Below are positions 61,991-64,000 of a stretch of 64,000 nucleotides of DNA, piece after piece. The stretch is taken from assembly GCA_029981435.1 (NCBI GenBank), contig JARRBB010000004.1, positions 166 through 64,165 on the forward strand. Direction: 5' to 3'. Source of the stretch: Thermotogaceae bacterium. Lineage in GTDB: Bacteria; Thermotogota; Thermotogae; B21-G9; HyVt-16. The position numbers were made by a program, and so were the translations under genes. Below the pieces are notes generated by a model, which was given only the letters and a program-made list of their open reading frames with translations, was not told the DNA's origin and ran no database searches. Each line of letters starts with the position of its first letter. Positions within the stretch are counted from its first letter, which is position 1.

Positions 61991-63649
61991 ATGCCTTTCG
62001 ATGGATTGACACTTAAAAAGTTAATGAAACACTTTGAGGATCTGAATGATACAACTTTAAAGCAAATATATCAGCCCCGAAAAAACGAATATTACTTTCA
62101 ATTCGGTGATTTCTTTCTTCGAGTTTCATTGAAGCCCGAGTTTTCTTTTGTCTCGTTATCACAAAAATTCTGGGATGATCTGCCGTATCCATCCAATTTC
62201 GTTATGCTTATGAGAAGCCTGATAAAGAGCGCCCGTGTAGTCGGTATTTCGCAATTGGACTTTGATCGGGTTCTTTTAATAGATTTTAGAAAATTGAAAG
62301 AGTCCGGTCAGGTGAGAAAATTCAGACTAGTCATCGAGCTTATGGGAAAATTTTCAAATATGATACTGGTTGATCTCGATTCAGAAAAGATTGTGGATGC
62401 TCATAAACGTATAAGTACGAGATTTAGAGATATACAACCTGGCAAAAGATTTGAATTTTACCTCAGCAACCAGAAAAATCCTTTTGAACTAAAAGTAGAA
62501 GATCTGAACTTTAAAACTTCCGATGTTAAAAAGGAACTCCTGAAAGTTGTACAAGGATTTTCACCCTTGTTGATAGATGAAGTGATTTACCGGACAGGCA
62601 AAGAAAACAAAATACTTGAAAAGATAAAAGAAGTAGCTTTAGAAGTCATCGAAGATAGTGGACTGTATCTGTACTCGTCTGAAAAACTGGAAGACGTTGT
62701 TGGAACACGACTTCATTCTTTTAAAGATGAAAGACCCGAATATTTTACAAATCCATTTGAAGCCCTTGAAAAGTTCTCAGAGATGCTCAATAAACGCGAT
62801 CAATTCAAAAGTAAAATCGGCAATCTGATAGAAGTTGTAAAGTCCAGAAAAGAAAAGCTCGAAAGAACCTTGAACGCTTTGAAAGAACAGATGGATAGAT
62901 ATCAAAAATATGATGAATACAAAAGAATAGGAGATTTAATAATGACGAATCTCCACACGCTAAAACAAAACGAAGAACGCAGCAAAGTAAGTCTATATGA
63001 TTGGAAAAAAAATGAAACTGTTGATGTAAAGATAAACCCTACCAGATCCCTTCTTGAAAATGCCCGGGATTACTTTGAAAAGTACAAAAAATACAGCGAA
63101 AAATTCAAAGGTTCCAAAGCTCGATTTGAAAGTCTAAAACAAGAACTTGATTATCTGGAACATATTCAGTATTATCTGACCAGCGCTGAATCACTTGATG
63201 ATATTGAAGAAATACGCGAAGAATTGATAAACGTAGGACTCATAAAGCAAAAAAAAGATAAGAACAAATCCAAAAAGCCCTCTTCTGATGGAAAATATAA
63301 AATTTACGAATACAATGGTTTCAAAATTCTGGTTGGAAAAAACAACAAGCAGAACGATGAATTAACTTTCAAAGTGGCTAATAAAAATGATCTGTGGTTC
63401 CATGCCAAAGACATCCCTGGAAGTCATGTGATATTGAAAATCAATGATGAAGAGCCAACAGAAGAAGTGATGCGTTATGCTGCCATTCTTGCAGCTAAAC
63501 ATTCTAAAGGCTCTCAGTCTTCAAAAGTGGCTGTTGACTACACACAGGTTAAGAATGTCTGGAAGCCTAAAGGTGCAAAACCTGGATTTGTTCTCTATAA
63601 GAACTACAAAACCATTTTCGTTAATCCTCAGGATTTAGAAAAGATCTAA
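61991..63649 (+). CDS. Rqc2/RqcH (NFACT, FbpA-like) ribosome quality control protein
   Basis: MPFDG, DRVL, IELMGKFSNMIL, VGKNNKQND, WFHAKDIPGSHV, KPKGAKPGFV. Confidence 0.92.
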   Translation: MPFDGLTLKKLMKHFEDLNDTTLKQIYQPRKNEYYFQFGDFFLRVSLKPEFSFVSLSQKFWDDLPYPSNFVMLMRSLIKSARVVGISQLDFDRVLLIDFRKLKESGQVRKFRLVIELMGKFSNMILVDLDSEKIVDAHKRISTRFRDIQPGKRFEFYLSNQKNPFELKVEDLNFKTSDVKKELLKVVQGFSPLLIDEVIYRTGKENKILEKIKEVALEVIEDSGLYLYSSEKLEDVVGTRLHSFKDERPEYFTNPFEALEKFSEMLNKRDQFKSKIGNLIEVVKSRKEKLERTLNALKEQMDRYQKYDEYKRIGDLIMTNLHTLKQNEERSKVSLYDWKKNETVDVKINPTRSLLENARDYFEKYKKYSEKFKGSKARFESLKQELDYLEHIQYYLTSAESLDDIEEIREELINVGLIKQKKDKNKSKKPSSDGKYKIYEYNGFKILVGKNNKQNDELTFKVANKNDLWFHAKDIPGSHVILKINDEEPTEEVMRYAAILAAKHSKGSQSSKVAVDYTQVKNVWKPKGAKPGFVLYKNYKTIFVNPQDLEKI

Positions 63650-64000
63650 TATACTCGGATTGATTTGAAAATAGGGATAAAACCTGTCTTTCTCATATTT
63701 GATTCCAAATTCAGTGGCAAGTTCCACATAATACTGAATAGAAAAATTAGTCTTGAATCCTATTTTAAAAACAGGTTCAGGTTTCCCGCTGGAAAACTTC
63801 AAGCCATTTGATGCTATCAAATCAACTGAACCTATAGAATACCTACCATCCAATGTGCCTCTGTCTATTATCCATAAGGGTGTCTGTGCATTTACACTTA
63901 AAGAAACAGAATCTTTATTCAAAATCATCTGGAAATTCCATAATGTTTTCAAGGCAACAAAAGAATTCATCAACCCAATGTTCCAGTTTTCTATTTTCAT
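63635..64000 (-). CDS. Hypothetical beta-strand-rich protein, probably starting beyond the window edge
   Basis: Open frame reaching the edge; alternating aromatic/hydrophobic pattern. Confidence 0.45.
   Translation of the reverse strand: MKIENWNIGLMNSFVALKTLWNFQMILNKDSVSLSVNAQTPLWIIDRGTLDGRYSIGSVDLIASNGLKFSSGKPEPVFKIGFKTNFSIQYYVELATEFGIKYEKDRFYPYFQINPSILDLF

Overview
AT-rich bacterial chromosome segment, most consistent with a Thermotogota genome (inferred from the gyrB-ftsQ-ftsA-ftsZ-gspE/pilB gene order, gatAB without gatC and non-lipidated solute-binding proteins). It is mostly core genes (eno, tdk, gyrB, ftsAZ, hisS, folP, gcvH/PA/PB, ychF, gatAB, plsC, nfo, RqcH-like) plus three tRNAs (Leu-CAG, Gly-CCC, Thr-GGT). 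Accessory loci are two sugar/amino-sugar catabolic clusters, a B12-dependent ornithine oxidation cluster (ord-ortAB-oraSE), a glucosylglycerate-synthase-like glycosyltransferase, a metQNI + M28 peptidase operon and a MacAB-type exporter with two TolC-like genes. I saw no CRISPR array, transposase or prophage. The strongest finding is a complete ribosome-dependent attenuator upstream of metQ: a 32-aa Met/Cys-rich leader peptide with mutually exclusive RNA helices. Other notable signals are an archaeal-type LipS1-like radical SAM gene and a DUF362 Fe-S gene placed before gcvH, two intact genes without a canonical start codon (ychF with ACG; a YkuK-family gene missed by the ORF track), a consensus promoter plus terminator defining a ~60-nt RNA, a CsoR-type operator at a glutaredoxin, and a probable leaderless dciA-gyrB-fts transcript. 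Family calls come from motif recognition only; no searches were run.
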